Source: a virus
Taxonomy: Duplodnaviria; Caudoviricetes
Virus record (IMG/VR): IMGVR_UViG_3300032239_000181
Coordinates: 1 to 27,721 of that record
Strand: one strand, 5' to 3'
DNA: 27,721 nt
Positions 25,096-27,721 of this stretch are shown piece by piece. A model generated the notes under the pieces. It searched no databases. It saw nothing but the letters and a program-made list of their open reading frames with translations, and was not told the origin of the DNA. The translations under genes were made by a program, and so were the position numbers. Numbering within the stretch: position 1 is the stretch's first letter; every line of letters starts with the position of its first letter.

Positions 25096-26373
25096 TTATC
25101 CCATCCAGCCTACCGGTGCCCTATAAGACTTTTGAACTTGGGCTTTTTTCGGCTCGTTTATCATTAAACCAATATATCGAAATGCATCAGCCCCGTGCGA
25201 ATATTCATCATGTAGTGGTTTGGCACTAAACATCTTTGTATCAGGGTCAACGTCATAACGATAATGTCTTAAACATTGTAAGCCTTCTTCAGTATTTTGC
25301 CTATCGAAATAGCATTTATTAAAGATTGTCCTGGCCGCATTAATACTGTCAGCAACTGGCACCCGGCCTAAAATTTGTACCTTCATGCCGGAAGCCCTTA
25401 CTATTTCTTCAATGGATTTACCAGTTCCCAAGGATTTAGCTTTAGCATCGTGCGGTAACCATATTGTGTCATACAGGTATCCAAATGATTGAAGCTTGGC
25501 TAAATAATAACCAATGGTTTGCTGACTATCTTCAAAATAACGTATTAAACGTGTTTCTTGGCCAACAAATTGCAGTATCCAACAAGCAGTTTGGTCTGCC
25601 CAACCGAGGTCGAAAACTGCATGGACGGGCTTAGTTGCATCATAAGGAACGTTACATATACGGCCTTCTAAATCAGCCATAGTAACTTCTTTAGCAAAGA
25701 TAGCACCGTTAACCGTTTGACGGGGAATTCCTTCCCATACGTTGTTATAAGCCTCTATATCACGGCCTTGTAATGCACGGCGTTCTAGGTCTAACACTTC
25801 AGGAAAATAAGGATTATCTGACCAGTTGATTTTTTGAACTACTGCGTTTTCCGGTGGTTGCACGACAAACCGCTTCCAAGTTTCATCAGTCGGCAGTTCA
25901 GGATTAAAGCTAATCCATATTTCAGAATCTTCTTTACGTATAGTTGGGACCAGGACGTTCCATGAATTTGGGGTAACAGACTGGGCTTCTTCTACCCAGC
26001 AAATATCTATACCCTCAATAGATTTAACGTTATTTGTATTGTTTTTAACGCCAGCAAATATGAATTCTGTACCGTTATTGCCACGTAATGACCGTTCAGT
26101 TATTTCATAATGGGCTTCTATGCCCAGGGCAAATATTTGGTCACATAGCAATTTATGAACCGAATCCTTAATACTAGTTTGATATTCACGGGCGCAAAGT
26201 ACCCGAATCTTTTGTTCACAACCTTTTAACAGTAGGGCACGGGCTATATTCCAAGATTTGGAACCGCCCCTACCACCGTAAAGAACTCTATATCGTGCCT
26301 TTTCAGGGACAAATAAACATTTAAGCTTTGCCGGGAACCGTGCTTTAGCTTTAGCTTCCTGGATTGTTGCCAT
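25096..26373 (-). CDS. terL: Terminase large subunit (PBSX-type)
   Basis: Walker A YGGRGGSKS, Walker B WVEEA, SFNP coupling motif, nuclease DLG..D, LPHD, HDEYSHGADAFRY. Confidence 0.96.
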   Translation of the reverse strand: MATIQEAKAKARFPAKLKCLFVPEKARYRVLYGGRGGSKSWNIARALLLKGCEQKIRVLCAREYQTSIKDSVHKLLCDQIFALGIEAHYEITERSLRGNNGTEFIFAGVKNNTNNVKSIEGIDICWVEEAQSVTPNSWNVLVPTIRKEDSEIWISFNPELPTDETWKRFVVQPPENAVVQKINWSDNPYFPEVLDLERRALQGRDIEAYNNVWEGIPRQTVNGAIFAKEVTMADLEGRICNVPYDATKPVHAVFDLGWADQTACWILQFVGQETRLIRYFEDSQQTIGYYLAKLQSFGYLYDTIWLPHDAKAKSLGTGKSIEEIVRASGMKVQILGRVPVADSINAARTIFNKCYFDRQNTEEGLQCLRHYRYDVDPDTKMFSAKPLHDEYSHGADAFRYIGLMINEPKKAQVQKSYRAPVGWMG

Positions 26374-26671
26374 TGGCCGGTTCTTCGAAAACTAAAGTAA
26401 AACCAGTTTTAAGTTGTGACCCATCAGGACCTTGCAGTTCTTGTATTGCTACTGGCTTGCCATCCATCCTATCCATGATTTCTTTAATTGCCCAGGGTTC
26501 ACCATCTTCAGCGGCCTCTGCCAGTTTTTCAGAAATCTTCCTTAACTTATGCTGGTCATTTTGTACCAATATCTTACGCAACTGGTCGTAAAACATCTTG
26601 CCCTTCTTAGCATTGTCATTGCCTAATGGGGCACCGCCTTTGTCAGTAGTTGAATTAACTGGTATGTCCAT
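26351..26671 (-). CDS. terS: Probable terminase small subunit
   Basis: Overlaps the terL start; GGAP.GN.NA.K N-terminus and AIKEIMDRMDGKP motif. Confidence 0.7.
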   Translation of the reverse strand: MDIPVNSTTDKGGAPLGNDNAKKGKMFYDQLRKILVQNDQHKLRKISEKLAEAAEDGEPWAIKEIMDRMDGKPVAIQELQGPDGSQLKTGFTLVFEEPANGNNPGS

Positions 26672-26688
26672 GATTTGTAAAGTAATCT

Positions 26689-26895
26689 TTAGTCGGTTAA
26701 AGCTGGTTCTTCAGCTTTTTTTACAATTGTAATGTCATCAGGGTTTACTTGTGGTTGCTGGGCTATGAATTGTTCATTAGCCGTTGACAATAAGCGGTTA
26801 TGTAATGCCTCGACTACTTCCATTGGAAGCTTTTTTAGTCCAGCCAATACTACTTGGGCTTCTTGAATAGTCATATCGCCAAAATTAATAATCAT
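26689..26895 (-). CDS. Hypothetical protein
   Basis: 68 aa, AAGG SD, overlapping coupling; L.KLPME.V..L motif. Confidence 0.65.
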   Translation of the reverse strand: MIINFGDMTIQEAQVVLAGLKKLPMEVVEALHNRLLSTANEQFIAQQPQVNPDDITIVKKAEEPALTD

Positions 26896-27176
26896 TTCTT
26901 ACCTTTCGTTGTTGTTGATTTTTTTGCCGCTTCACGTTTTTCGGAATAAGCGATTGCTACTGCCTGTTTAATGGGCTTGCCGGCCCCTACTTCTGCTTTA
27001 ATATTTTCTTTAAATGCTTTGGCACTTGTTGATTTCTTTAATGGCATAGTGGTCTTTCGTGTTATGGCTCGCAATGAATGTGGCCGGGGTTTTAAAATAT
27101 TTGATTCATTAAATTTAATATGTTCTTCTTTATCAAAAATACATGATTTTAAGAATTCAATTAATTTTTTTAACAT
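26892..27176 (-). CDS. Small basic protein (conserved-looking core starts at ATG 27047)
   Basis: MPLKKS.S.KAFKENIKAE..AGKP.KQAVAIAYS core; the upstream ATG 27176 is TAATG-coupled, so the start is uncertain. Confidence 0.7.
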   Translation of the reverse strand: MLKKLIEFLKSCIFDKEEHIKFNESNILKPRPHSLRAITRKTTMPLKKSTSAKAFKENIKAEVGAGKPIKQAVAIAYSEKREAAKKSTTTKGKK

Positions 27177-27454
27177 TAACAGTTCCAGTTTTTTAAACTA
27201 GCTTTAGCCCGTTCTGCCGGTCCTTTAGCGTTCTTAACTACGCCTTCCATCCTGGCACAAAAAGAAGCTTTACGGCCTTTGTCTTTTTCTGTCTTAGGAT
27301 TTGGGGCTGGGGCTTTTAAATTAGCATCATTTTTAGCATTGTATTCAGCCCTACCTTTAGCGGTCATGCCAGCACCTTTATCTGTAGGGTTATATGTCTT
27401 ACCCTTGCCAGTAGTTTTGTGTTCTATTGGTTTATCGTGTTTTTTAGTAGCCAT
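27176..27454 (-). CDS. Small basic protein, SFCARM-motif (DUF6321-like)
   Basis: GMTAKGRA.YN....NLKAP, RKASFCARM.G, SLK.W.C motifs. Confidence 0.75.
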   Translation of the reverse strand: MATKKHDKPIEHKTTGKGKTYNPTDKGAGMTAKGRAEYNAKNDANLKAPAPNPKTEKDKGRKASFCARMEGVVKNAKGPAERAKASLKNWNC

Positions 27455-27459
27455 AATTA

Positions 27460-27513
27460 TTAAATCCTACTTAAAATAATATATACAAAAATTAACATTG
27501 CAATAATTTCCAT
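27460..27513 (-). CDS. Possible 17-aa hydrophobic micropeptide MEIIAMLIFVYIILSRI
   Basis: ATG overlaps the upstream TAA (TAATG) and the ORF fills the gap to the next SD. Confidence 0.35.
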   Translation of the reverse strand: MEIIAMLIFVYIILSRI

Positions 27514-27677
27514 TATTTTTTCGCAGTCTTAGCAGATTGTTTAAATGCTTCAGCAGTTGGGGCACCTTTGCTACCAGGCTTACGCATACGTTCTACTTTT
27601 TCGCCTTCAGCCTTTTCATGCTTGATGCGTTCTTGCTTTTTATGGATATTGGCATATAAGCCGGGTTTAGTTGCCAT
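27513..27677 (-). CDS. Small basic protein (54 aa), not in the ORF track
   Basis: Manual translation MATKPGLYANIHKKQERIKHEKAEGEKVERMRKPGSKGAPTAEAFKQSAKTAKK*; AAGGA SD. Confidence 0.8.
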   Translation of the reverse strand: MATKPGLYANIHKKQERIKHEKAEGEKVERMRKPGSKGAPTAEAFKQSAKTAKK

Positions 27678-27721
27678 TTGCTTGTTCCTTGTCGGTTACA
27701 AAACATACATCTTGCCATGAC
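27667..27721 (-). CDS. C-terminal fragment of a probable GroES/Cpn10-like co-chaperonin (truncated by the window)
   Basis: Reads SWQDVCFVTDKEQANGN*, resembling the last strand of phage Cpn10-like proteins; only 17 residues are visible. Confidence 0.45.
   Translation of the reverse strand, partial: SWQDVCFVTDKEQANGN

Noticed and set aside
4576-27479. Numerous plus-strand and alternate-frame ORFs inside the late operon (e.g. 5381-5725, 17050-17373, 23855-24241)
   Set aside because: Antisense or frame shadows of well-supported genes, lacking SDs and motifs; none within the lysis cassette shows a lipobox for an embedded o-spanin.

Overview
AT-rich tailed-phage DNA with a P22-like (podovirus-type) virion module. 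Most of the window (27721 to 3829, minus strand) is one late operon: GroES-like fragment, small basic proteins, TerS, TerL, portal, scaffold, coat, three small beta-rich proteins, a 1197-aa fibre, gp4- and gp10-like tail proteins, a cupin, three ejection proteins, a short gp9-position protein, and a lysis cassette with a GH19 endolysin. A convergent plus-strand early block (734-3836) encodes an SSB-like protein, a PD-(D/E)XK nuclease and a lipoprotein. A lone Cro-like regulator points leftward; no CI or integrase is seen. The most striking element is non-coding. Just downstream of cro, where lambdoid phages carry cII and replication initiator genes, lies a ~330-nt minus-strand region (~382 to 56). 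It has its own sigma70-like promoter, a series of G-U-containing hairpins, a possible conformational switch, and collinear motifs resembling the ColE1 RNA II primer/origin, so it is a candidate RNA-primed phage replication origin. Also seen are a second pseudoknot-capable small RNA (2870-2970) and two matched promoter cassettes with shared operators and a covarying leader hairpin. All calls are by eye; no searches were run.
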